Shown: positions 28,226 through 42,160, numbered from the whole stretch's first letter. The stretch is 63,909 bases of DNA, filler included, from Octopus bimaculoides (GCF_001194135.2; 5 parts of 5 records of this genome joined end to end with filler, not necessarily neighbours in it); one strand, 5' to 3'. Program-made: numbers and translations. The notes: generated by a model from the letters alone, not told the origin.

Positions 28226-28574
28226 AATCAGTACCATGACATGGGTGTGTGTGTGTGTGTGTGTTTGTGTGTTTGTGTGTGTGCGTATATGTCTGAGTGT
28301 GTGTGTATGTATGCATGTATGTATGTATGTATGTATGTAGATTCGGTAATGCAAACAGGAAAACAGAGCTCAAAAAATGAATATACATATAAATATATAG
28401 TAGAAGTGTGCTAGAACATTAACTCTTAGTGCACATGCACAGCAGAGTTCAAGGTCAATCTGTGCCAAGTGGCTTTATTCTGCGTGCTTTAGCTTCGTTA
28501 CTATGTCGACAGTCCGGATACTTATTGATCAGACCTCGTATATGTTAGTATATACATACATATACACCTTATAC

Positions 28575-28605
<31 letters not shown>

Positions 28606-29243
28606 TGTGTGTATGTATGTATGTATGTATGTATGTATTTATGTATGTATGTATGTATGTATGTATGTGTGCGTGTATGTGTGTATGTGTGTATGTGTGC
28701 GTATGCTGGAGTGTGTGTTAAAGATGAACTCGTTGAGTAAGCCAAGTATTAAATTACTCGGTCATGAGTCATCCATTCAAGTTCATTCTTACCTCACATA
28801 TGCACTATACATACAAAGATACATAATACACGCATACATATACGCATAGATACACAAACACATACATGCACAAATACGCACAGCTACGTACACGTACATA
28901 TATATGCACACATAATACATACATACATACATACATACATACATACACACGCATATAGATATGCAAGCCTCTGCCCATGCGCGCATGTGTGTACGTTTGT
29001 AAATGTGTGTGTGTTTCAGTGTGAGTGTGTGTGTGCGTGTGTGTGAATGTGTTGTGTGTATATATCATGGAGCAATAAAACCCCAAATTATTTTCCCTGT
29101 GTTGTGATGTTCATTTTCGCTTTATATGAATTTCCTGTAGTTTCCTAGCCGTGTTTCCGTTCCTAATCACAGAAGACATGGTGACTTACTAAACGATTGG
29201 CCTACTTCTTCAAAACCTGAGCACTCGATGACATTGCCAACTC

Positions 29244-29282
<39 letters not shown>

Positions 29283-29639
29283 CATGCGTGCGTACGTGTG
29301 TGTGTGTGTGTGTGTAGTGGAAAACATTTTTGTGGGAAACAGAATAATAAAAAAAAAATCTATATAAAACATTAATATATTACATGAAATATTTTTATTC
29401 ATTCATTCCCAGAACTGTAAACTATATTGCAGTTATATGTGGGCGGCTTTGGATTCCAAAACAAGGCTCATTCTTCCGGGTTTAAAATGACTTTTACTAT
29501 ATTTGAAATATTTCAGAAAAGTAAAATACTTGGAACCGACCATATTTGTGTCCATGCTATAGTGTAAACGCTGACGCACGCATGGTTATACATAGGGATG
29601 TACACGGTGAAATTCGACTCATGACCGAGTAAGACCACT

Positions 29640-29990
29640 TCCTACAACTATTTCACTCTAGGAAACATCTAATTTTCGGCCTCCCTATCGCTGATTATGT
29701 TTTATATGACTCCTAAGGTCTGCAAGAGTCTTACAAGCCACGCCACATCGATTACAAGTAAACTCTCTAGCAGCAGACCGACCATCAAGTTGTTGGGTTC
29801 TACAATGCCGAATGAGTCAAATGGCCAACCCACACACTCTGCTAACCAACGTGCATAATACATTGGTAGACTAGGGCGTCTCTGTGACTACGCTTGTGCC
29901 GAGTAGGTCTGCATTTGAGAAGCTGACATGATCACACGTGTGTACCCGGTACATATTGCATGATCGGACCATCAGCTACTAAACCAGCAA
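29640..29990 (-). mobile_element. RTE-type LINE 3' remnant with C2H2-like motif
   Basis: Minus-strand SNADLL..., W(V)GHL and FTCNRCGVACKTLADLRSH. Confidence 0.5.
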
Positions 29991-30039
29991 CCCTAACAAG
30001 CCTGCTTGGTAAGGTTGGTGGTTACCGTTGCATGAAAAC

Positions 30040-31200
30040 AAACGAAAACCAACGTAAACAAAAGGAGCGGACTGTGGATGAACTCAGCAGACTTTGAACA
30101 TCCAACAACAAGGAGTAAGAGAGATATACATACATACCTATATATATTCTTACATACATACATACATACATACATACAAGAAGTCGATGCTCCTTAAAGC
30201 ATATGCAGGCTCAGTCATCTACTACGGTCACCTGGGATACTAGATTGGACACTTGAAGAGATCTGCGACTTGAAACTCAAGACTAGGATACTAACCACCA
30301 TTGGTGACTATTATTTCAACAGTGACATTAAAAGAAATGATGAATGTGGGAACATTATGTGTGCCTTGATGGCCTCAGATAATGTCTATAACATAGTAAA
30401 GGAAAAAAAATGACTATATCACATGTATATTCAATAGTGAAAGTAATAAAACTATTTGTGGAAATGAATAAAATCTGAATAGATAGATTTCCTTTGTGTG
30501 TAGCTGTTCCATGGGGCTATGAGTGCTTGGACTAACAGAAATTTATAGGAGGAATACTCATCATAACAGGAGAAAGTTACACATGGGTGCACGCAAGCTT
30601 GAGAACACAAACATTGACAGGAAGTGTAGTCTCTGCTGGGGGTAGATACATCATATTCCAAGTGGAGTGAAAACCTTTGCTTTACAGGAACAAGAGCTAG
30701 TTATTAGCTGATTAATGAGAGAAATAAGGATGTTTCTAAGCTTCAGCGTTGTCATAGTGAATATCACAAACATCATCACATGCATATCACACGCGTCATC
30801 AGCAGCTGTTTGATAGAGATCTATGAGTTATTAGGTGCCTATGAGATATGACATCGTTGTCACAACTGATTACAGGGTTGTCCGTGGGAAGGATTGCAAT
30901 AACGGTCATATCAAAACCACTCCAGAACCTGAATACATCCACATCTTTTGAAATAGAGAATACTAGTGTAACAGACCAATAAAGCATCATTCCTGTGGAG
31001 ACATACCATACTTCCAAGAGAGTAAATCTAATGCACTCTTATGGAAGTCAGCTGCCCAGGAGATGTGAATGTCATGCTTAAATGTGTGGGAAAAGAAAAC
31101 GTCAAAAATGATCTAATGCAGAACTTGTAGGTATTGTATCCTAGCAGAAGATTTTTTTTATTTATATTTAATATCATAGGTACCCAGGATGGTGCAAGAA
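30040..31200 (+). mobile_element. Decayed R4/Dong-clade LINE (RT C-terminus, CCHC, RLE)
   Basis: GILDWTLEEI..KTR..NSDI; FALQEQE; HVISSC; MRYDIV; EVSCPGDVN..KEN; IIGT; many lesions, (TACA)n insertion. Confidence 0.7.
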
Positions 31201-32043
31201 CAAATTTACGTTATAGCTTTAGATTATTGATGTTTTCCATGAAAGAAAAAAGTTAATTAATACGCATCTTGCAAATACAATTGATCACCGAAAATTTGCA
31301 AAACATCCTACGCTTTCTCCATTTGGGGAGTGAATATATATAAGGTTTAGATTTAGATTCAAAAATTGAATATGGTACTTATGTTTAGACACCAGAATAT
31401 AGTATGGTATGGTATTATATAAAAACCATTCCAAAACCTAGGTGATCAAAAAATCAAAATAAGCAACACGAATTTTAAAGATGGTTGCAGTACGCACGTT
31501 TCATGCTACTCCATTTATTTAAGTAATGCGAGCATTACATTAAATGCAATATGTAGAGCAATCTTCAGCTGCACGAAAATGCAGAAAATTACAGTAGAAT
31601 ANNNNNNNNNNNNNNNNNNNNNNNNNNNNNNNNNNNNNNNNNNNNNNNNNNNNNNNNNNNNNNNNNNNNNNNNNNNNNNNNNNNNNNNNNNNNNNNNNNN
31701 NNNNNNNNNNNNNNNNNNNNNNNNNNNNNNNNNNNNNNNNNNNNNNNNNNNNNNNNNNNNNNNNNNNNNNNNNNNNNNNNNNNNNNNNNNNNNNNNNNNN
31801 NNNNNNNNNNNNNNNNNNNNNNNNNNNNNNNNNNNNNNNNNNNNNNNNNNNNNNNNNNNNNNNNNNNNNNNNNNNNNNNNNNNNNNNNNNNNNNNNNNNN
31901 NNNNNNNNNNNNNNNNNNNNNNNNNNNNNNNNNNNNNNNNNNNNNNNNNNNNNNNNNNNNNNNNNNNNNNNNNNNNNNNNNNNNNNNNNNNNNNNNNNNN
32001 NNNNNNNNNNNNNNATATATATATACATATATATATATATAAG

Positions 32044-32425
32044 TCAGGCGTAGCTGAGTGGTAAGAAGCTTGCATCCCGACCACATGGTTCCGGGTTCAG
32101 TCCCACTGCGTGACACCTTCGGCAAGTGTCTTCTATTATACCCCCGAGCCGACCAAAGCTTTGTGAGTGGATTTGGTTAGAGAGCAACTGAAAGAAGCTC
32201 GCTGCATATGTGTGTGTGTGTGAGTGTCTGTGTCTTTGTGTCTGTGTTTGTCCCCTCACCATCGCTTGACAACCGACGTTGGTGTGTTTACGTCCCAGTA
32301 AACTACCTGTTCGGCAAAATATACTGATAGAATAAGTCCTGGGGTCGAGTTCTTCGACAAGAAAACCCCTTTAAGACGATGCTCCAGCACGGCTACAGTT
32401 ACATGAATGAATCAAGTAAAAGAAT
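32044..32425 (+). mobile_element. SINE-A, full length
   Basis: Head immediately after (TA)n, body and tail recognisable. Confidence 0.9.
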
Positions 32426-32712
32426 ATATATACATGCCCCCACACAAAATCCCATGTGTATACGACATACACATTTATACATCAAGTAGAATAGAACACG
32501 CGATCATCTACTCGATAGACAAGCACACGCATCACATGACAACAACTATATCCACGCATGTGCCTGCATATATTCACTCATTAACTTGCACACTTATTCA
32601 CAAAGCCAAGGAACTATCTAGACTCAAACAAAAATGCATTGTCACTTTGTACGTGAATCGTCTTGAACTCTGAGAAAAATGAAATCATAAATACACGCGC
32701 CCACACACACAC

Positions 32713-32743
<31 letters not shown>

Positions 32744-33106
32744 CATACAGTTGATATATATAAAAACGACAATGACCTAGCATGACCGCAATTTAATGAG
32801 TGTAGTTGAAACTCATAAAAGCAAGTCTGTTAACGTGTTTGTGTATGTGTGTGTATGTGTGTGTGTGTGTGCGTATGTGCGTGTGTGTGTATATATATAT
32901 GTATATATACATATCTATGTCTGTGTATGCGTGTGTACATACAGATATATATACATGCATTATATATATATATATATATATANNNNNNNNNNNNNNNNNN
33001 NNNNNNNNNNNNNNNNNNNNNNNNNNNNNNNNNNNNNNNNNNNNNNNNNNNNNNNNNNNNNNNNNNNNNNNNNNNNNNNNNNNNNNNNNNNNNNNNNNNN
33101 NNNNNN

Positions 33107-33265
33107 NATTTACGAAAAAAACAACAGACGAGGACAGGTGGTGTAAACAACAAAAGGATGTATTAGTTTAACGCTCGGGAATAGAGAAAGTCTTTAACGT
33201 TTCGAGCTACGCTCTTGAACAGAAAGAATACGGAGAAAACTAGGAGAAAAACACGGAGAAAAAAA
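33107..33265 (-). mobile_element. PLE-terminal-like repeat with minimal hammerhead-like motif (33191-33227); homologous piece at 20868-20945 (+)
   Basis: Minus TCTTT-CTGTTCAA-GAGC GTA GCTC-GAAACGTT-AAAGA, then TTCCCGAGCGTTAAA.TAAT.CA.. shared with 20868. Confidence 0.5.
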
Positions 33266-33300
33266 ATTGAATGTTTATATATATATATAAAGATAAGAAT

Positions 33301-33341
<41 letters not shown>

Positions 33342-33659
33342 GTGAATCCCTAAAACTTCAGAACTACACGACCAATTTCCTTCAAATTTTACACATGCCT
33401 TATTTAGGGTCCATGTAGTTTCATAGGCCATTTTTTTTTTAACTTCTTGCCTAGTACGAGACCAGAGCAATATCATATCTCCTCCACTATTTGAGTATTA
33501 CGTGTCAAAAGTGAAACAATAACATCTCTCTATTGTAATGTCAGATATTTTCACTTTTCACTTTAATACTGAAACTATTAAAGTGAAACTATTATCTCAC
33601 ATATATACAGGCATACATACACCTACCCTTAATACAGGCCTTAACTCCCACATTGTCCC

Positions 33660-34262
33660 CGTTGTCGACTTTGCTTTTCATCCTTTCAGGGTCGATAAAT
33701 TGACAAGATGAGCAGAAAGGTAGATGTAATCCAGTAGATTCCTACTCCAAATTTTAATGCTTTTTACCTATAGTAGAAAAGATTATTACTTCTGCAAAAT
33801 CTCCGAGCTAGCAGAATGGTTACCTCCTCAGACAAAATGATTAGCAATATTTATTCTCGCTTAAAGGCGGCGAAGTGACAAAATCGTAAGCTCGCCGGGC
33901 GAAATGCTTCACGGTATTTCGCCCATTGCTACGTTCTGAGTTCAAATACCGCCGCGGTCGACTTTACCTTTCATCCTTTCGAGGTCGATAAATTAAGTAC
34001 CAGTAAAACACTGGTGTCGATGCAATCGGTTAGTCCCCTCCCGCCAAATTTCAGGCCTAATGAATGGGTTATTATTACTACGAATCGGTAGCACGTCAGG
34101 CAAAAGGCTCAGCGGCATTTCATCCGCCCTTGTGTTCTGAGTTAAAATTCCGCTAAAGTCGAGTTTGTCTTTCATCTTTTCGGGGTCGATAAAATAACTA
34201 CCAGTTGAAACACTGAGGTCGATGTGACTTACCTCCCCGAAACTACTGGTTTTGTGCCAATA
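33660..34262 (+). mobile_element. Cluster of 3-4 tandem SINE-B copies/fragments
   Basis: Repeated GTCGACTTT(G/A)CCTTTCATCCTTTCG.GGTCGATAAA cores at about 33665, 33960 and 34160. Confidence 0.88.
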
Positions 34263-34499
34263 TTTACGCTGGTGAATACTGCAAAGGCGGGAGAATAATT
34301 GACTAGACATCAATAATTACCTGGATAAATCCCATGAACAAACAAATTTATTCCTGATACTAACTAAACATCGGGTCAACCTTCAGCGCACCTATATTCA
34401 TGGATAATCCAGCCGTGAATCATCCTTTCCTATGTTCATGCATAGTTTATCTTGGATTATATAATTTATATCTCTTTTTTTTAATCTTTATATACTATA

Positions 34500-34893
34500 T
34501 ACTTGCTTCAGTCATTAGACTGCGGCCATGCTGGAGCACCTCTAGAAGAATTTTAGTCAAACGAGTCGACCTTTGTACTTACCTTCTGATACCTGATACT
34601 TATTACTTTTATCTCTTTTGTCAAACAGCTAAGATATGGGGACGTAAAGACACCAACACATCTCAAGCCGTAGAGGGACAAACAGACTCAAACACACACA
34701 CACACACACACACACACATAAAACATAAAGAAGCCCGTCGTACGACGTGCTTCTTTCAGTTTCCATCTAAGAAATCCATCCATAAGGCTTTGGTCGACCC
34801 GAGGCTAAAGAAGAAAACACTTGCCCGGAGGTGCCATGCAGTGGGACTGAACCTGGACTCATGGGGTTGAGAAGCAAACTTCTTACCACACAG
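34500..34893 (-). mobile_element. SINE-A, full length, diverged
   Basis: Tail, body, internal (CA)n and head all present. Confidence 0.88.
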
Positions 34894-35628
34894 TCGCTCC
34901 TCTTTGTTTCCCTTTTGTTTTAGACAGTAACGTGTGACATGACTGAACTTAGCTGCTATTTCTAACAGTTGGGGCAATCATGTAGTCTTCCTCCGTCATT
35001 TTACAATTTCTGTCAACTAACCGCCCTCGCATCATTAACTTCCTGAAATACGTCAAGCTGAAGTGTCAGCCATATTAAAGTACAACTCACATATCCGGGA
35101 CGGTATTTTAGCTGTTACTGCTGCTGTTGCCGATGAGGTACTGCTGCTGCTGCTACTACTACTACAACTATTATTCTTGCTGCTGCTGTTCTTACAGTTC
35201 TTACACCCACGCAAAACATTAAAAGAAGAAAAAACACAAATAAAGAAAGAGATAAACAACCAAAACGAGCCGTCTTCCTGATTAGCAAATGATTCACAGA
35301 GCAGCAAGCATCACCGATGGAGCCACTATGCGGTCGCTCAGCCTGCTAGACATAGCAGCTAAATATCCCCCAATACGGTAATTTAGAGAAAGGAAGGACA
35401 AAACCAATAACGAACAATGAATGATGAACGATGAACAATAAACAATGATGGCTTTGACGTGATAGCCACGGCCGGAATACTTTTGATCGTAAGGTTGCTG
35501 ACTCAGGATCAATCCAAGACTATCGACAATCACTGCGTTGTTTGTTTCCTTTGTTCTTTCTATGGTTATTCCAACAGTTTCAGCTCGTCTCAATGAATTG
35601 AACAGGGCATAATGTGTGCCTGAGACCA

Positions 35629-35718
35629 CCCATTGTCCCCGGATGCCACCCGATGTCACCCGATGCGACTGAATGTCAACCGATACCACCCGACGTCAGC
35701 CTATGTTACCGGATGTCA
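35629..35718. repeat. 10-bp-period minisatellite, consensus CCCGATGTCA, about 8-9 units
   Basis: ccggatgcca cccgatgtca cccgatgcga ctgaatgtca accgatacca cccgacgtca gcctatgtta ccggatgtca. Confidence 0.85.
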
Positions 35719-36000
35719 AACTTCTAATACTCACATAATAACTTAAGCCGGTTACAGTGCCTCAACGTGGTGGTTCGACCTGCTAGAAATAGCAGTCAAG
35801 TGAACTGACATCACTTTTACTCTCAACTATATTTGAACAAAAATGTTAAGATCATCACAAATTATTCGCTTTCGTCATACTATTACAGACCAACAAGGCA
35901 CGCTATCATTAATCAAAATCTATATCAAATACTTTCAGAATCCTTTCATCCCAGCGTATGACTCCTACTGGAATTTTCTCCTTGTGTACAATATTGTTGT

Positions 36001-36389
36001 GGAGGTGCAATGGCCCAGTGATTAGGGCAGCGGACTCGCGGTCATAGGATCGCAGTTTCGATTCCCAGACCGGGCGTTGTAAGTGCTTATTGAGCGAAAA
36101 CACCTAAAGCTCAACGAGGCTCCGGCAGGGGATGGTGGCGAACCCCGCTGTACTTTTTCACCACAACTTTCTCTCACTCTTACTTCCTGTTTCTGTTGTG
36201 CCTGTAATTCAAAGAGCCAGTCTTGTCACACTCTGTGTCACGCTGAATATCCACGAGAACTACGGTAAGGGTACACGTGTCTGTGGAGTGCTCAGCCACT
36301 TGCACGTTAATTTCACGAGCAGGCTGTTCCGTTGATCGGATCAACTGGAACCCTCGACGTCGTAAGCGACGGAGTGCCAACAAATACAA
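36001..36389 (+). mobile_element. C-group SINE, full length, tRNA-Arg(TCG)-like head, 12-bp TSD
   Basis: GGAGGTGCAATGGCCCAGTG..GACTCGCGG..TTCGATTCCC; TSD TACAATATTGTT at 35987-35998 and 36390-36401. Confidence 0.92.
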
Positions 36390-36625
36390 TACAATATTGT
36401 TATTGTTGTTATTGTTAAGTCTCAAGTCAGCTCTAATTGAGCATATATATAACCAAATACATTTTAACTGTGAGCATTCCGTGTAATATATCAAGGACAG
36501 CATTTTCGAATGAGTCCTTCTTTTCTTTGATCTGTAAGGTGATATATCCAAAAGGAATTTTGAACCCAATATTTACATGCTGTTGTTTATAGCTTTATGT
36601 CCTTCGAGATATTAAAAAAAAAGAA

Positions 36626-36661
<36 letters not shown>

Positions 36662-37333
36662 NNNNNNNNNNNNNNNNNNNNNNNNNNNNNNNNNNNNNNN
36701 NNNNNNNNNNNNNNNNNNNNNNNNNNNNNNNNNNNNNNNNNNNNNNNNNNNNNNNNNNNNNNNNNNNNNNNNNNNNNNNNNNNNNNNNNNNNNNNNNNNN
36801 NNNNNNNNNNNNNNNNNNNNNNNNNNNNNNNNNNNNNNNNNNNNNNNNNNNNNNNNNNNNNNNNNNNNNNNNNNNNNNNNNNNNNNNNNNNNNNNNNNNN
36901 NNNNNNNNNNNNNNNNNNNNNNNNNNNNNNNNNNNNNNNNNNNNNNNNNNNNNNNNNNNNNNNNNNNNNNNNNNNNNNNNNNNNNNNNNNNNNNNNNNNN
37001 NNNNNNNNNNNNNNNNNNNNNNNNNNNNNNNNNNNNNNNNNNNNNNNNNNNNNNNNNNNNNNNNNNNNNNNNNNNNNNNNNNNNNNNNNNNNNNNNNNNN
37101 NGACGTCGTGGTATATTGAAGCGATTTCCAATCAGAAGATGGGTCCAGTGTAATCCGTGGGTAGGAGAGGTGCAGCCGGAGGGTATAAAGTTCAGAATCA
37201 AACAGTCCAGAAAGAGTAGATCCAGAAGGAAAGAAGGTAGAATCCAAAAGTTCGTGTGATGAGAGGAGACAGGATTAGCTGGTGCGACCACGTGAGCGTG
37301 TGTTATATGTGGGAGAATATACGTATATATACG

Positions 37334-37748
37334 TTACTCTTTTACTCTTTTACTTGTTTCAGTCATTTGACTGTGGCCATGCTGGAGCACCGCCTTTAGT
37401 CGAGCAAATCGATCCCAGGACTTATTCTCTGTAAACCTAGTACCTATTCTATCGGTCTCTTTTTGCCGAAACGCTAAGTTACGGGGACGTAAACACACCA
37501 GCATCGGTTGTCAAGCGATGTTGGGGGGACAAACAGACACACAAACATATACACACACATATACACACACATATACACATATATATATACATATATACGA
37601 CGGGCTTCTTTCAGTTTCCGTCTACCAAATCCACTCACAAGGCTTTGGTCGGTGCGAGGCTATAGTAGAAGACACTTGCCCTAGATGCCACGCAGTGGGA
37701 CTGAACCCGGAACCATATGGTTCGTAAGTAAGCTACTTACCACAAAGC
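37334..37748 (-). mobile_element. SINE-A, full length, young, CpGs retained
   Basis: Near identical to 46150-46552; (GAGTAAAA)n-type tail. Confidence 0.95.
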
Positions 37749-38384
37749 CCAACATAAATGGATAAATATTCTTTATTTGTAGGTTAGCAAGGTTACCAAA
37801 TGTTTCATGCAAAGAGATATTTTACACACACACTGTTATTTCGATTTGTTAAAATATCACGAAGATCTCTCACTAACTTTCATTACGTTTCAGTACACTT
37901 TCACTCTCTCTATTTTGTTTTGTTCCTGCCTCCATCACTCTCTCTCCTTTCCTTCTTTTACTCTCTATTTCTCTCTCTCACTCTCTTTCTCTCTAGCCTC
38001 TCCTCCTCTTCACTCACCCTTCTCCTCTCTCCCCATTGCAGATGCCAAATATAGCAGCTCACTTAACCCTCGTCCCCCCCCCAATTTTCTTCTCTTTGTA
38101 TGTGTGTGCGTGCATGTGTGTGTGTGCGTGCGTGTATGTGTGTGTGCCTTTCTCCCTCTCTCTTCCTCTCTTTGAACTATCAACAAAATCTGTATACCTC
38201 TCCATTACCCCCTCTCTTTATTTTCTTTATCTTTCACCGTATTGCGACTCACTCCCTTTGTCTATGTTCGGAACGTAAATTCTGTTTAGCTCTCCCACCT
38301 TCTACATCTTTCTCTTTCTTTCTTTTTCTTTCTCTCTCTCTTTCTTCCACTCACTCTCTGTAAAACTATATAACAATGCATATA

Positions 38385-38714
38385 GGGTAAAGGGTCATGA
38401 ATGACCATGGGATTGCACCGAGAAAGTTCCCCTCTGAGGCACAAGTCCGCGCAAGGTTGTTTATGGAGGACCAGCAGTCGCTCCTGCATACCAGCCTCCC
38501 CTCTCTACGCCACCGATGTTATCCATAGGAAAGGCAAAGGGGCCGATACAGCTTGGCACCAATGACGTCGTAATTCATTTCTATAGCTGAGTGGACAGGA
38601 GCAACGTGAACTAAAGTATCTTGCTGAAGAACACAATACAGCCCGGTCCAGGAATCGAACTCACTACCTTATCATTGTGAGCCCGACGCTCTAACCACTG
38701 AGCCATGCGCCTTC
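38385..38714 (-). mobile_element. C-group SINE: tRNA head + CORE-like segment + third tail type
   Basis: GGCGCATGGCTCAGTGGTTAGAGCG, GAGTTCGATTCC, TGTGTTCTTCAGCAAGATACTTT..CCACTCAGCT, tail ending GGTCATTCATGACCC. Confidence 0.88.
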
Positions 38715-41700
38715 ATATAACAATACATAGATAGAAAGGAAAACCAACTCAGTATCTCGCACACAACCGCATAAACAGAGAAGGAAATGCTTATTCACTT
38801 ATTCCTTCTCTTCTCCTCTCTCTTTCTCTCTCTGTCTCTCTCCTCTCACTCTTTTCCCTCTCTAAAATACACACCAACTCACGTGTGTGTGTTTCAGAGA
38901 AAACACACACATAAAAACAAGAAGGAAAAACACACTCAAATGAATTCTCGAGAACACACCCAAGAGAGAACAGACACACACTCACGTGAGGACACACGAG
39001 AAAACAGACTCACGTGAGGACACACAAGGACTCCTGCTTACTAGGCGAAAGGATCAAACGAGTACTCCGGAAAAACCACTCTCACAAGAGCTCACACTCT
39101 GACAATTTCTTCACACGTACACATTTACACGAGTCCCACTCACGACTACACTCAACTCACAGTCACAAGAGTAGTCACCCATATTTTGAGTCGAGGACAA
39201 AATCGGTACTTAACGAAATACGTGTAGATTGTTCTGAAGGGGGAAATGCGATCAAAAAGTTAAAAAGAAGATAAAGATTATTGATATTACAGTGTTTGTT
39301 GTTGTTGTTGTTGTTGTNNNNNNNNNNNNNNNNNNNNNNNNNNNNNNNNNNNNNNNNNNNNTTAATTAATTAANNNNNNNNNNNNNNNNNNNNNNNNNNN
39401 NNNNNNNNNNNNNNNNNAGTACATAAGAGATTATGTTGAATATCACATTGGTAGACAGAGGCGCCTCCGCGACCACGCTTGTAGCTGAGTATACATACAT
39501 GCATAAATACATACATACAAACATACATACATGCATAGATACATGCATACATACATACATACATGCATGCATGCATATTTCTACGCGTTTGAGTAAAATT
39601 GTAAAATTAGTGATAAATATTTTCGACGAGGTACTGTAAACTGTTTTACTTATTAAGATTAGTTGAAAAAAAAAATTAGTTAAATAAAATCTAATCATAC
39701 ATTATCATTTGAGTATTTCTGGAGAAAATTCTAGAAAAGCAGAAAATGAAATTGAAAATAAAACCAGAATTACTTTTATTTAATCATTTCTCTTACGATG
39801 ATTAAAATAAAAATAATAATAATAATAATAATGATAAAAGAAAATAAGATGGAAGAAGAAAAATTTAATTGCAGTTCATCTTAATTTAAACAATAGGAAT
39901 GAACAGTGTACATTGTGAGAGAGATGTCGAAGTACGCAGTAAAATTTCATTGCGCAATCTGTAAAATTTGTTTTATGTTATTGAAATGTTGCTAATCTAC
40001 ATGCACAAAGAAAGTGATGTAAGATGTTTTAAGATCGATGACGCTTTCTCAAGGACATCGGTGGTGTAAATATAGTGAATTATTTTTTAATAAGCAAATC
40101 GTTAGTAGGTATGGCGTGTGGGGAGGTAATCGACTTGTTGGAAGTCTAAACATACGATTTTTCAAAGATCACGTTCTTCATTTCTTATATTTTAAGAATA
40201 ACCCACGCCATGTTGATTTTCATCATAAATTTCCACTATCTCCGCCTACGGCAGAATGAGCACCGTCAAGGGATAGTTGCCTACATGGTATAAATCTTAT
40301 AATAATTCTGTTTGTCATTACGTTACTTAGCACGTCAGTAACGCTTTCACGTGATTAGAGAAAAAAAAGGTGAAAGAAAAATGAGAGAGAGAGAGAAGCT
40401 TCCATGACGTAAGATAGAGGGAATGTAATTGTAACGCTTTAAGCGATTAGTTCAAGGGAAAGTGAGGAGAAAGAAGAAAGGAGAGATAAGAAGAGGATAA
40501 AGCGAAGAGTGAGACAGAAAGAGGGAGAGAAAAAGATGGAGAGAGACAAAGAGCGTCCATGACGTGTTTTAGAGGGAACATAATATTTATTACGTGGTTT
40601 AAAAAGTAAGTTGAAGGTAGTGATTTAGAGAAACAAAGTTAGAAATATAATTTTAGCAGAGGGGTGATGTTCTGATAGTGAGATTAATTAAAGGCACAGA
40701 GAGAGGGAGAGAGAGAGGAGGGAGAGAGAGGAGGGAGAGAGAGAGAGGAAGGAGAGAGAGAGGGGGAGAGAGAGAGGAGGGAGAGAGAGGAGGGAGAGAG
40801 AGAGAGGANNNNNNNNNNNNNNNNNNNNNNNNNNNNNNNNNNNNNNNNNNNNNNNNNNNNNNNNNNNNNNNNNNNNNNNNNNNNNNNNNNNNNNNNNNNN
40901 NNNNNNNNNNNNNNNNNNNNNNNNNNNNNNNNNNNNNNNNNNNNNNNNNNNNNNNNNNNNNNNNNNNNNNNNNNNNNNNNNNNNNNNNNNNNNNNNNNNN
41001 NNNNNNNNNNNNNNNNNNNNNNNNNNNNNNNNNNNGTGGTGGTGGTGGTGGTGGTGGTGGTGGAGGTGGCGGTGGTGCGTGGATAGTGAAAAATGTACAT
41101 TTTTAATTGAACTAAGTTTTTTTTATATCACCTATCACTTAACGCATGCGCATAAGTGTAATTCCTTGAAATAGTCATGATTATCTAAGTGGCAGATATA
41201 CGCAACAGGTTTACCATTAATTCTGTGTAATATTCACGTCCCCTACTAGTCTATATTATTGGATATACCTCATGTTAGTTTCATTAGCCATATTCTTCTG
41301 TGTTGGCTTAGGGAAAAGGGTAATAATTATGAAGTTGTCCTTCTGCTAGATTGATTGCATTCACCGCAGCAAAGGAGCTCAATCTATCCTTACAAAAATC
41401 TACTCAACCCATAGATGAGATCCTGACAGGTACTACCGTTTCGGATCAGGGTGGACCTGGGAGTAAAGGTAATTAAGGGAACACTCCATGTTTCCCACAG
41501 GTTCAGAACTTCCGATCTGGACCATCACCACTGAATGCAGTTTAATGTCATATCCAGGACATATACACATACCCAGAATGCAGTTTAATGTCATACTCCG
41601 ATTTTAATTGTTATACCTTGAGGCATTAAATAAGGCCTTAAATGAAACAAAATTTGTTTGAGTAAAAATTCATTTATGTAGAAATAATGCAATAGCGTGA

Positions 41701-42002
41701 GAGTGTGGATAAGACGTTCGCTTGGCGACCATGTGGTTTAGAGATCAATTCCTCCGCCCAGCATCTTGGCTTAGTGTCATCTACAATAGCTCTGGACGGA
41801 ATAATGCTTCGTGAATGAACTTAATAGACTGAAACTGCGTAGCAAGCTGTCGTATATATGTGTATACACACCCGCATGTACATAAGTGTGTGCGTGCATG
41901 TATACACACACACGCACACACATATATATACACACACAGACACACAGGCGCAGGCGTGGCAGTTTGGTAAGAGGTTGGACGCTATATATATAAATACGAT
42001 GA

Positions 42003-42160
42003 GCTTCTTCCCGTTTCCGTCTACTAAATCCACTCACAAGACTTTGGTCGACCCGAGGCTATAGTGGAAGAAACTTGTCAAAGTTAGCCACAGTGGGATT
42101 GAACCTAGAAGCGTGTGGTTGAGAAGCAAGCTTCTTACCACACAGACACGCCTGCGCCTA
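42003..42160 (-). mobile_element. SINE-A head (with opposed head fragments at 41696-41860 and 41947-41975 on +)
   Basis: Ends ACACGCCTGCGCC; plus-strand GGCGCAGGCGTGGC at 41947. Confidence 0.8.

Noticed and set aside
35053-35307. Overlapping ORFs with signal-peptide or TM appearance and a GTAAGA donor
   Set aside because: Hydrophobicity comes from CTG/CTA/CTT triplet runs; the apparent start is GTG within a repeat; no linked exons
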